A DNA stretch of 57,281 nucleotides from IMG/VR virus record IMGVR_UViG_3300012950_000004, positions 1 to 57,281 of that record; one strand, given 5' to 3'. Source of the DNA: a virus (lineage: Duplodnaviria > Caudoviricetes). Every line of letters begins with the position of its first letter. Position 1 is the first letter of the stretch. A program made the translations under genes and the position numbers. The notes under the pieces were generated by a model. That model saw only the letters and a program-made list of their open reading frames with translations, did no database searches and had not been told where the DNA came from. This document shows positions 8,085 through 17,230 of this stretch, in pieces.

Positions 8085-10991
8085 ATGTCAGTTAAGAATT
8101 TTAAGTTTGTATCTCCTGGAGTGTTTATTCACGAAATAGACAACTCTTTTATTCCTAAATCGGCACAAGAAATCGGGCCATGCATTCTCGGACGCGCACA
8201 ACGCGGCTTAGCCATGCAGCCAGTCACTGTCGAATCTTATTCGAAGTTTGTCGAAATGTTCGGCGACACCGTGCCGGGAATGGGGGGAGGATCGCCCACA
8301 GCAGGCGACGTTTATCGTTATGGAAACTATCAGTCTCCTATGTATGGTACATATGCAGCCAAAGCCTTTTTAAAGGCAAATGTTGCACCAGTTACCTATG
8401 TTCGGCTTTTGGGACAGCAAGCCTCGGACGCCACCACGGCTGGAGAAGCCGGTTGGAAGACGAGCACGCTGCTAACTGCTTCGGCAGGAGGCGGAGGTGC
8501 ATATGGCTTATGGCTCTTCAGTTCAGGAAGTAGTGCCACCACTATGACGGGTACTCTCGGCGCCATTATCTATGCTGACGCCACCACCTCGATTCCGATG
8601 CTTTCGGGTGCACTTTGGTGTCGTAATGATTCAAATGCATCTACCGCTTCAGTGGGCGCCGTTATTAATACGGACTCTAATGGGTTTTTCACGCTGCAAA
8701 TCGGGTCGACCGGAACGAAGGTTAAGTTCAACTTTGATGATACTGGTGAAAACTTTATTCGCAAAAAGCTGAACACCAACCCACAAATGATGGTGGGAGG
8801 TGATTTTTATGCTACCTCTTCCGAAGTCAATTACTGGCTGGGGGAGACATACGAGCAAGCAATTCGCGACGCGGGATTAAACTCTGGTGGCAGCATCTGC
8901 GGCATAATCGCAGGGATTGCCCTCAGTGGTTCCGCCATGGCACCCAGTTCTACACAAAACCCAGCCAATATGCTTGGCGCTTCGGCAGAAGCAGCAAGTG
9001 GTTGGTTTATCGGACAGGATCTGGGCCCTGCCGCATCTTATAACCCTGCGAAGATGCAAAAGCTTTTCCGCCTCAAAGGACGCGGACATGGAGAGTGGCT
9101 GCACAAGAACGTGAAGGTATCGATTGACAATATTCGCGCATCTAACAATAGCGTGACGGATTATGGTACTTTCTCAGTTATGCTTCGAAGTATCCACGAC
9201 ACCGACAACAACGTACAGGTTATCGAACGCTATGATAACTGTACCCTCGATCCCACTTCTCCGGACTTTGTTGCCCGTAGAATTGGAGATAAATATACTC
9301 AATGGGATACAACCAAAAGACTTCTGCGCGAGTATGGTGAATACCCGAATCAGTCTAAGTACGTCCATGTTCAAATGAATAGTGACGTTGAAGCGGGCGC
9401 AACTGACGCACTTCTGCTTCCGTTTGGATATCAAGGACCACCCAAGTATACCGATGTTGGTATGCGTGGTGACTCCATTGGATCTGCGTCGATGGCCGGT
9501 ATTGACGGACGTTATGTTATTATGAACTCCGTCTTCATTAACTACGCAAAGACCGGATCCGGAACGGGTACCCCATTTAACTGCTTTGTTACTGGCAATA
9601 GCCCCGCGGGCACAACGAGCTTAAACCTCTCACTTAAGTTCCCTCACGTACGACTGCGCAATTCAGCATCCGACGGCGGACTTACCGATCCCACCGATGC
9701 ATTCTTCGGCTATCAAACTACTCGCGAAAGCGGCAGTACAAAGCCCGATATGAGTGTGGGAGATTTCGGTCGAGCGCTTTATGGCGGTGTTGCTGGTTCT
9801 GACTTATCAGCAGGCAGTTATACGGGAATTTCCAACTTCTCATACATCTTCTCTATGGACGATATTGAGAAGTCGGGCTCCAGCTACTACTATTCGTCCG
9901 GATCTCGCGCCGGCGAACGTTCCGTGAGCAGCGCATCCTACAAGGACTTGCTTGATGCCAATTATAACGCCTTTACGGCGCCACTGTTTGGTGGTAGCGA
10001 TGGCTTCGATATCCTGAAGCCAGATCCGCTTTATAATACCGGTATGAGTGCTGCATCAACCGAGCGCAATAGCTCCATTTACTATACATGGCGCCGCGCA
10101 ATCGATACGGTAGCAGACCCAGAGTATATCGACATGAACGTTCTGGTATCCCCGGGACTTACCAACAACTCTCTGACGACTCATATGATTAACACATGTG
10201 CAGATCGCGCAGATTGCCTGGCAATGATCGATCTTCCGGATGTATATGTTCCCTCTCACGAGAAGTATTATGCCAACAAGAACGAACGCCTTGTTAAGAA
10301 TCCGCTCCAAGCAGCAACGGCCCTTAAAGATAGACGAATTGACTCCAGCTATGGGTGCACCTTCTATCCGTGGGTTCAGACCCGAGACGAAAACACTGGA
10401 ATTTTGGTGTGGATCCCGCCCTCTGTTGCAATGTTGGGTGTCATGGCCAGTTCGCAAGCTAAATCTCACGTGTGGTTTGCCCCCGCAGGCTTTAACCGCG
10501 GCGGTCTTACCGAAGGCGCGGCAGGTATTCCAGTCACAAGCGTTATTCGACGCCTGACCTCGAAGAACCGCGACACTCTCTACGACAACAGGATTAATCC
10601 AATTGCCTCATTCCCCTCAACTGGAATTGTAGTCTTTGGACAGAAGACACTTCAGCAACGTCAGTCAGCGCTTGATAGAATCAATGTGCGCCGGTTGGTT
10701 ATCTTCCTCAAGAAGCAGATTTCCATTCTTGCAGCCCAGATTCTCTTCGAGCAAAATGTCGAAGCTACTTGGACCAGATTTAAGTCCCTCATTGAGCCAT
10801 TCCTGGCCAATGTCAAGACTCAGTTTGGTATCACAGATTATCGCCTCATCCTTGATGAGTCGACTACCACCCCGGACCTCATTGATCAGAACATCTTGTA
10901 TGCGAAGATCATGGTCAAGCCAGCACGCGCTATCGAATTCATCGCAATTGACTTCGTTATCACAAATACTGGCGCTTCATTCGACGATTAA
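8085..10991 (+). CDS. gp18: Contractile tail sheath protein
   Basis: FVSPGVFIHEID, WFAPAGFNRG, RINPIASFP, GQKTLQ, DRINVRRL and KPARAIEFIAIDF motifs. Confidence 0.97.
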   Translation: MSVKNFKFVSPGVFIHEIDNSFIPKSAQEIGPCILGRAQRGLAMQPVTVESYSKFVEMFGDTVPGMGGGSPTAGDVYRYGNYQSPMYGTYAAKAFLKANVAPVTYVRLLGQQASDATTAGEAGWKTSTLLTASAGGGGAYGLWLFSSGSSATTMTGTLGAIIYADATTSIPMLSGALWCRNDSNASTASVGAVINTDSNGFFTLQIGSTGTKVKFNFDDTGENFIRKKLNTNPQMMVGGDFYATSSEVNYWLGETYEQAIRDAGLNSGGSICGIIAGIALSGSAMAPSSTQNPANMLGASAEAASGWFIGQDLGPAASYNPAKMQKLFRLKGRGHGEWLHKNVKVSIDNIRASNNSVTDYGTFSVMLRSIHDTDNNVQVIERYDNCTLDPTSPDFVARRIGDKYTQWDTTKRLLREYGEYPNQSKYVHVQMNSDVEAGATDALLLPFGYQGPPKYTDVGMRGDSIGSASMAGIDGRYVIMNSVFINYAKTGSGTGTPFNCFVTGNSPAGTTSLNLSLKFPHVRLRNSASDGGLTDPTDAFFGYQTTRESGSTKPDMSVGDFGRALYGGVAGSDLSAGSYTGISNFSYIFSMDDIEKSGSSYYYSSGSRAGERSVSSASYKDLLDANYNAFTAPLFGGSDGFDILKPDPLYNTGMSAASTERNSSIYYTWRRAIDTVADPEYIDMNVLVSPGLTNNSLTTHMINTCADRADCLAMIDLPDVYVPSHEKYYANKNERLVKNPLQAATALKDRRIDSSYGCTFYPWVQTRDENTGILVWIPPSVAMLGVMASSQAKSHVWFAPAGFNRGGLTEGAAGIPVTSVIRRLTSKNRDTLYDNRINPIASFPSTGIVVFGQKTLQQRQSALDRINVRRLVIFLKKQISILAAQILFEQNVEATWTRFKSLIEPFLANVKTQFGITDYRLILDESTTTPDLIDQNILYAKIMVKPARAIEFIAIDFVITNTGASFDD

Positions 10992-11039
10992 TACCAAATT
11001 AATTGGAGCTACTAATTAAGATTAAGGAGAAAATTAGAA

Positions 11040-11633
11040 ATGCCATTCTGGTCAACAAACTTCGGCGAGAGCACTGATCTCAAAGATCCCAAAAGAAATT
11101 TTAGGTTTACTGTAGAATTCACAGGAATTCAAGCAGCCCAAGGAGGTGCCACGCTTTGGTATGCAAAGAGTTGTGCAAAGCCTTCATTCACTATCAGCAC
11201 TGCTGAACACACTTATTTGAACCACAAGTTCTACTACCCCGGAGCGGTGACATGGAATTCTGTCAATGTTACGCTTGTTGACCCGGCTGATCCCGATGTT
11301 ACGGCAACCTTGTCAGATATCATCATTCAGTCAGGCTATTCTCCACCCACCGATGCAACCGCACAGAACATGAACAGCATGTCGAAAGCTAAGGCCGCAG
11401 GCGCCTTGGGGACGGTAGTTATTAAGCAGTTGGATTCCAACGGCAACGCTATCGAAACTTGGACACTTTGGAACGCCTTTATTAGCGAAATTAAGTACGG
11501 CGATAACTTGGAATACGGCAACGATGATTTGAGTACCCTTGATTGCACTCTTATGTACGATTGGGCTCGCGTTGAAACCAAGGTCGCGTCATCCGCGGTC
11601 GTTGGAGGCGGTAATTCCTTCTTTGATGTCTAA
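11040..11633 (+). CDS. gp19: Tail tube protein
   Basis: DPKRNFRF, YYPGAVTW and ETWTLWNAFISEIKYG..LEY motifs; directly after the sheath. Confidence 0.9.
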   Translation: MPFWSTNFGESTDLKDPKRNFRFTVEFTGIQAAQGGATLWYAKSCAKPSFTISTAEHTYLNHKFYYPGAVTWNSVNVTLVDPADPDVTATLSDIIIQSGYSPPTDATAQNMNSMSKAKAAGALGTVVIKQLDSNGNAIETWTLWNAFISEIKYGDNLEYGNDDLSTLDCTLMYDWARVETKVASSAVVGGGNSFFDV

Positions 11634-11653
11634 TAAAATGAGAGAGGTGCACA

Positions 11654-12520
11654 TTGTCACGAAATAGAGATCGTGTAGGCGCACAACAACCAGATACCAC
11701 ACCCCCTATGCCAACGGCAACTCAGACTACTGAGACTCCGGCGGCACCGGCATTCTCGTTCGTTGTTCCTACCGAATTCATCGAACTTCCGTCAGGCGGA
11801 AGATATTACCCAGAAGGTCACCCACTTTGTGGAGAATCTACTCTGGAAATCAAGCAGATGACTGCTAAAGAAGAGGATATTCTGACATCCAGAACTCTTC
11901 TTAAAAAGGGTGTAGCGTTAGATAGGGTAATTCAAAGCCTTATTGTAAATAAAGCGATCGATCCAGATTCTTTGCTGGTGGGGGATCGTAACGCCATTAT
12001 TGTATCTACCCGGGTGTCGGGCTATGGCAATATTTATACCACCAAGGTAACTTGTCCTAATTGTGTGGAGGCTCAGGATTATTCTTTTGATCTGAATGAA
12101 GCCGAAGTATATGAGGGTGAGGAATTCTTGGATTGGGATGTAACTCCCCATGGGAACGGCACGTTTGACACGGTTTTACCGCGAACAGGCGTTACTGTAA
12201 CTTTTCGGCTCCTGAATGGTCATGACGAAAAGAGGCTTGTCAAAGCTTCGGAAGCCGATCGCAAGCGCAAGGGTGGCGAGCACAACATTAGCCGCCAAAT
12301 TGTCAGTATGGTGACAGCAGTGAATGGGGATGATTCCTCGGAAGCGATCAATTATTTGGTAACCAACATTCCTTCGATTGATTCACGTCATCTAAGAAAC
12401 GCATATAAGGCGGTTTCGCCCAATATCGATCTTACTCAACACTTTGAATGTAGCGAATGCGACTATGAACAGCCCATGGAGGTCCCGCTAGCCGCGGAGT
12501 TTTTTTGGCCTGACCGATGA
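11654..12520 (+). CDS. T4 gp26-like baseplate hub/tail assembly chaperone
   Basis: IELPSGGRYY, MTAKEEDIL, two CxxC pairs and a C-terminal FFWPD; TTG start with GAGGT RBS. Confidence 0.8.
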   Translation: MSRNRDRVGAQQPDTTPPMPTATQTTETPAAPAFSFVVPTEFIELPSGGRYYPEGHPLCGESTLEIKQMTAKEEDILTSRTLLKKGVALDRVIQSLIVNKAIDPDSLLVGDRNAIIVSTRVSGYGNIYTTKVTCPNCVEAQDYSFDLNEAEVYEGEEFLDWDVTPHGNGTFDTVLPRTGVTVTFRLLNGHDEKRLVKASEADRKRKGGEHNISRQIVSMVTAVNGDDSSEAINYLVTNIPSIDSRHLRNAYKAVSPNIDLTQHFECSECDYEQPMEVPLAAEFFWPDR

Positions 12521-12524
12521 GTAC

Positions 12525-12779
12525 ATGGAGAGCGTTTATGAAGGTTTTTTCTTTCTTAAATACTCCGGAGGGTGGTCATTCACCGAAGCGTATAACCTAC
12601 CTTTAGGGCTACGCAATTGGTTTGTGCAACGCCTACTCAAACAGCTTACTGATGAAAAAGAGGCGATTGAAAAAGCCTCCAAAGGGCACGGATCGGCGTC
12701 TAACACACAGACCCTAAGCTCTCAGAATCAACCCAACATGCCGCAAGATATGAAGAACTGGATAGGTGGACCCGAGTAG
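12525..12779 (+). CDS. T4 gp51-like small assembly protein; probably the C-terminal extension of the upstream ORF via a frameshift
   Basis: FFLKYSGGWSFTEAYNLPLGLRNWFVQRL motif. The frame is open back to 12492 across a T7 run, and there is no clear SD. Confidence 0.7.
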   Translation: MESVYEGFFFLKYSGGWSFTEAYNLPLGLRNWFVQRLLKQLTDEKEAIEKASKGHGSASNTQTLSSQNQPNMPQDMKNWIGGPE

Positions 12780-12792
12780 GTCCGCCTTTTTT
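12764..12792 (+). terminator. Intrinsic terminator
   Basis: AGGTGGACC-cgagta-GGTCCGCCT followed by a T-run. Confidence 0.75.
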
Positions 12793-12825
12793 GTGAGATA
12801 ACTAATTATTAGATGAGGGCTTTTT

Positions 12826-15792
12826 ATGGCTGACGATATCCAAAAAGATATAAAAGCTTTAGTAAATGCGGTTACTGAGCAGAATAAGCTTGTAAGCAAG
12901 ATGATCGGGGCGGCAGGTCCCGGCGACGCTAAAGCTGGCCTGAAGCCGGCTCAGGAACGTCTAAAGGTTAAAAAACAAGAAACGGAGCAATTAGAAAAAC
13001 AGCTGGAAATACTTGAAAAACAGAAGCATAGCACCATGGCTATAGTAGAGAAAGAGGAAATTAAATTAGAGTTGGCAGAGCGCGCCCTCGCAAAGAAGAA
13101 AGAAGAGTTAACCGCTCATGCACAGTCCGTCAAGAGGCAAGAAGAGGCTTTAGAGCAGCGCCGGGCAGCTGCCGATGCGAGCCAAGAAGAAATAGACAAT
13201 ATCGATGAACAGCTTGATCTTTTAGCTGAAAAGAGCGAAGAAATCGACAAACAAATTATTGCCACCCAGGAGCAAATTGCCCAAAACAAGCAACTGCAGA
13301 AAGAAGCAGATGAGTTGATCAAGCGCTTAGAACAGGGCACCGCTCTCGCTCAAAAATTGGGCGAAGCCTTCCGTCTCCCGAATCAGCGAGTTTCTGGGCT
13401 TGTCGATAAGACGATTAAGCTGGGGTCGCAACTTAAGCAGGCTTTTGCAGATGGAAGCATGTCCGCTAGCCATTTTGCTGAAATGGCCGGCGCAAGCATT
13501 ATGAAGGTCATGGTGGATAATGTAGCCAATCTCGTATTGGCGCTCTACGATGCTGAAAACGCATTTCGGCAAGCTACTGGCGCTAGTGCTGCTTTTGCAC
13601 GCGAAATGACCAACGTATATGATGAAACGCGCACCGTCGGAGCTACCATCGAGCAGGCATCCGCCGCTTATCAAGCATTACATGGGACTGCCACGGACTT
13701 CACTTTAATGACAGGGAGGCAGCGCGAAGAGTTGGGCAAAACAGGTGCCATGCTGCAGCAGTACGGTATTGATGCCGGCACATTTGCCGAAGGAGTGCAA
13801 GTATCGACTAAGCTACTCGGACTGAGCGCCACCGAAGCTGGGTCCGCGGCCCGAGAGTTTAACGCACTTGCGCAAGATATTGGAGTGCCACCACAACAAC
13901 TTTCGCAATCATATGCACAAGCCGGCGGCACGTTAGCTAAGTTTGGAAAAGATGGAGTTAAGGCATTCAAAGATCTTTCGATGATATCCAAGCTTACCGG
14001 CATGGATATGAACAAAATCCTTAATATTGTGGAAAAATTTGATACCTTTGAAGGCGCCGCCGACCAGGCAGGAAAACTTAACGCTGCTTTGGGTGGAAAC
14101 TTTGTGAATGCCATGGATCTGATGATGGAGACTGACCCAGTCGCACGCTTTGAGCAAATTCGAGGTGCGATTAGTCAAGCTGGGCTTACATTTGATGATA
14201 TGTCGTATTACCAGAAAAACTTCTATAAAGATGCGCTAGGATTATCTGATGTTGGCGAATTAGCGCTGATGCTCAGCGGAGACATGAGCACTCTTGAAAA
14301 TCAGGTAGGAAAAACTAGTGCAGAATATGAAAAGCAAGCCGCCGAAGCTAAAAACCTCGCTAGCCTACAAAGGCAGTGGAACATGCTTGTGCAAGAATTA
14401 GTACCCGTGCTTACGCCAGCCATTGATTTATTACGGGATCTCGTCAAAATTCTACACAAGAATGCCACCTTAGTAAAGGTGTTAGTCGGGCTGTTTGTGG
14501 CATATAAATCGGTTATAATGGCGATGAATCTTGGCTATGCTGTTCAAAACGGATGGCAAAAGCTAAGTGTGCTTTGGACAAATCGAGAAGCCATCGCAAC
14601 TGGAAAGCTCTCAAAGGCGAAGAAGCTTTTGAACCTTATGACGTCGAAGACGAGTCTCAAAATCATGGGTCTCACCGCTGCTATATTTGCATTGGGATAT
14701 GTTCTTTATACGAAGCCGTGGGCGTCTAACTTCATACAAGGTATAGTAAAATTTGGAATCGCCTTCGAAGCCTTGGGAGACGCTTTGGATAATCTACTAC
14801 AACCCCTAACGAAGAATTGGAAAGGGTTATTGGCGCTTGGTGGCGCTATGTTGATGGTAGGGACAGGTATTGGAATTGCCGCAGCCGGCGTTGCAGAGTT
14901 AGCCCGCGCATTCGGTGATGCCGGCGAAAATGCATGGGCAGCGGTTGCGGGAATTGCGATCTTGGGTGCCACCTTGGTCGGCTTAGGCTATCTAATTACC
15001 GCTTTCGCTGCGTCTACGGGCGGAGTGGGCATTCTGGCTGTCTTGGCATTCGGCGCCGCCTTCCTGATGCTGGGCGCCGGCATTGCCTTAGCTGCATTAG
15101 GATTTAAGACATTTGTAAGCGTAGCTAAAGAGCTTACTTTGGATACCATTATGAATTTGTCATTAGGTATTGCCGCACTAGGAGCGTCGTTGCATGTTTT
15201 CGCATCTCCGGCATTGTCCCTCGCGGCCGCGCAAATGTTAAGTCTCTCATTGGGACTAGCAGCACTCACCGCGGCTATGGCGCTATTTGGAAAATCTGAA
15301 ATGGGAATGGAGATGATGATGACCGCCCTCAAAGCCATGCAGATGATAGTAGAGGCTGTTACTGCACCTTTAAGAATTTTAGAGAGCGTCTTTGCCACCT
15401 TGGCCGATCCAGCTAAACTAGTAGCAATTGGAGAAGCGATTGGGATGATTGCGGAAGAAGTCGGCAACATACCTGCCACAAAAACTATTCAAATGACAGC
15501 GCTTCTCGGCGCCGCAACGACTGCAGCGAACACGGTTGCAACAGTCGGGGGCGCACAAGTGATGGCACAAGGAGTCGTAGAGGGTATTACTGGCGCTGGA
15601 GGCATCGGTGGCGCCGGCGGAGCCGGCGGCGTTGGGGGTGCTGGTGGTGCTGGCGGAGCAGGCGCTGCAACTCCTCCCGTGGCGTTGGAGGTGCAATTGA
15701 ATTTGGATGGCAAGAAACTTGATAAAAAAGTTATCACTATTATAAATGACAAGGTAGTTAAACCTGGGTGGTCAGGAGGCATTGGCGGATAA
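12826..15792 (+). CDS. Tape measure protein
   Basis: 988 aa, Ala-rich and helical, with an N-terminal coiled coil and several hydrophobic segments; follows tube and chaperone genes. Confidence 0.9.
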   Translation: MADDIQKDIKALVNAVTEQNKLVSKMIGAAGPGDAKAGLKPAQERLKVKKQETEQLEKQLEILEKQKHSTMAIVEKEEIKLELAERALAKKKEELTAHAQSVKRQEEALEQRRAAADASQEEIDNIDEQLDLLAEKSEEIDKQIIATQEQIAQNKQLQKEADELIKRLEQGTALAQKLGEAFRLPNQRVSGLVDKTIKLGSQLKQAFADGSMSASHFAEMAGASIMKVMVDNVANLVLALYDAENAFRQATGASAAFAREMTNVYDETRTVGATIEQASAAYQALHGTATDFTLMTGRQREELGKTGAMLQQYGIDAGTFAEGVQVSTKLLGLSATEAGSAAREFNALAQDIGVPPQQLSQSYAQAGGTLAKFGKDGVKAFKDLSMISKLTGMDMNKILNIVEKFDTFEGAADQAGKLNAALGGNFVNAMDLMMETDPVARFEQIRGAISQAGLTFDDMSYYQKNFYKDALGLSDVGELALMLSGDMSTLENQVGKTSAEYEKQAAEAKNLASLQRQWNMLVQELVPVLTPAIDLLRDLVKILHKNATLVKVLVGLFVAYKSVIMAMNLGYAVQNGWQKLSVLWTNREAIATGKLSKAKKLLNLMTSKTSLKIMGLTAAIFALGYVLYTKPWASNFIQGIVKFGIAFEALGDALDNLLQPLTKNWKGLLALGGAMLMVGTGIGIAAAGVAELARAFGDAGENAWAAVAGIAILGATLVGLGYLITAFAASTGGVGILAVLAFGAAFLMLGAGIALAALGFKTFVSVAKELTLDTIMNLSLGIAALGASLHVFASPALSLAAAQMLSLSLGLAALTAAMALFGKSEMGMEMMMTALKAMQMIVEAVTAPLRILESVFATLADPAKLVAIGEAIGMIAEEVGNIPATKTIQMTALLGAATTAANTVATVGGAQVMAQGVVEGITGAGGIGGAGGAGGVGGAGGAGGAGAATPPVALEVQLNLDGKKLDKKVITIINDKVVKPGWSGGIGG
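15592..15668 (+). repeat. (GGA)n glycine-rich coding repeat in tape measure
   Basis: Encodes GAGGIGGAGGAGGVGGAGGAGGAGA. Confidence 0.8.
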
Positions 15793-16889
15793 TGGCAGGT
15801 GATTGGGACGATATCTTCGCGTTTGATCAAATACGATATCAAAATAATATCAGCGAAGGAAAAAATGGAGCTAAAAAGTTAGATTTACAAGGGTTTGACG
15901 GCGCGGACGCTTATGCCAATCAAGCCGGTATGACGATTGGCTTCTATCATGTCCCTAGTTGTAAAACGGTATTATTTAAGGCATTTATTACGGCTTTTAA
16001 CGAATCGTATAGTTGTGATTGGTCGTCGGAAGCAGTATTCGGGCGCACTGACCCGATTCACATGTTTAAACAAAACACGCGCCAAATTGCGCTGAATTTT
16101 AAAGTACCCGCCTTTTCTGAAAGTGAGGCTTTCGAGAATTTGGGACGCGTCCAGCAGTTGACCCAGTTTCTGTACCCAGCTTATCGGAGTGTGGGTGCTC
16201 ATGCTCATGCCCAAACTATCGCTCAATCTCCCCTTATTAGACTTAAGGTGCTTAACTTGTTGGCTCGGTCAGACGCAGATTCTGCAGCCACCCCCGCCGC
16301 CGATGCGGCGGGCATTAACTTCTTCGAAAAATATAGAACATATGGAGGCGCCGCTGATGGAGTTCTGGGCGTTATTCAGTCGTTGCAAGTTAACCACAAT
16401 TTGGAAGACATGGAAGCCGGCTCAATCGAGATGGGATTCCAGACAGTGTTACCCAAGTTGTTGGATATCACCGTCACCTTTACGGTTATTCACGAAAAGA
16501 CATTGGGGTGGGATCAGAACAAGAACCAACTCGATCCCATGTTTCCTTACGGTGTTGAATTAAAAAATCAAGGACTCAATCGGGAAGAAGCGGTCAGCTT
16601 CAACGAACATCTTGAAGCCATTCAAAAACAGCAGCAAGATCGAGCACTCACAGAGCAAGCAATAGCAAACGCACAGGCGCGCTATGCCGGCTTGTTTGGA
16701 GCCGCTAGGCTGGCAGGTGACCAGCGCCGCTTGGCATCGGGGAACGCGACAGAAGCCGAACAAGCCTATTTGACCAGTGCTGTGGCAGGACAACTGATGA
16801 TCGAGGCAGGCTTCATGGAAGACAACGCCATCGACGACACAGAAGCCATGGCCGGCGCCGCCACCATAGAAGGCTTAACAGGAGGATAA
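15792..16889 (+). CDS. Baseplate/tail tube initiator-like protein
   Basis: FKAFITAFNESY..W....FGRTDPI..F..TR motif; ATG overlaps the tape measure stop (TAATG). Confidence 0.65.
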   Translation: MAGDWDDIFAFDQIRYQNNISEGKNGAKKLDLQGFDGADAYANQAGMTIGFYHVPSCKTVLFKAFITAFNESYSCDWSSEAVFGRTDPIHMFKQNTRQIALNFKVPAFSESEAFENLGRVQQLTQFLYPAYRSVGAHAHAQTIAQSPLIRLKVLNLLARSDADSAATPAADAAGINFFEKYRTYGGAADGVLGVIQSLQVNHNLEDMEAGSIEMGFQTVLPKLLDITVTFTVIHEKTLGWDQNKNQLDPMFPYGVELKNQGLNREEAVSFNEHLEAIQKQQQDRALTEQAIANAQARYAGLFGAARLAGDQRRLASGNATEAEQAYLTSAVAGQLMIEAGFMEDNAIDDTEAMAGAATIEGLTGG

Positions 16890-16893
16890 CAAA

Positions 16894-17229
16894 ATGGCAC
16901 GATATAGCAGAACACGTAAAATTATTAATTCTAGCGATTATTATGAGCCCCTGCGCAAACGTCATAATTTAAAAAAAGTTACTCAATATTCTACTCCTAT
17001 TTTAAAGAATCCAACTTTGGTGGATCGCATTCGTGTCATAACCAATCAGCACATTTGGAAATATGGAGATCGATTTTATAAACTAGCCGATGAATATTAC
17101 GGAGATGTGCGATTTTGGTGGGTAATTGCGTGGTATAATGGATACCCGACCGAAGCTCATGTGGAACCTGGAGATGTATTGGAGATTCCGGTTAATATTG
17201 AGAAAGCGCTTGATGCCCTAGGAGTATAA
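16894..17229 (+). CDS. Baseplate wedge protein, LysM-like (T4 gp53-like)
   Basis: WKYGDRFYKLADEYYGDVRFWWVIAWYN...GDVLEIP. Confidence 0.85.
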   Translation: MARYSRTRKIINSSDYYEPLRKRHNLKKVTQYSTPILKNPTLVDRIRVITNQHIWKYGDRFYKLADEYYGDVRFWWVIAWYNGYPTEAHVEPGDVLEIPVNIEKALDALGV

Positions 17230-17230
17230 A

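Noticed and set aside
15592-15668. Glycine-rich repeat as collagen-like or a mobile insertion
   Set aside because: It is a short GGA linker within the tape measure protein, without Pro-rich Gly-X-Y character.
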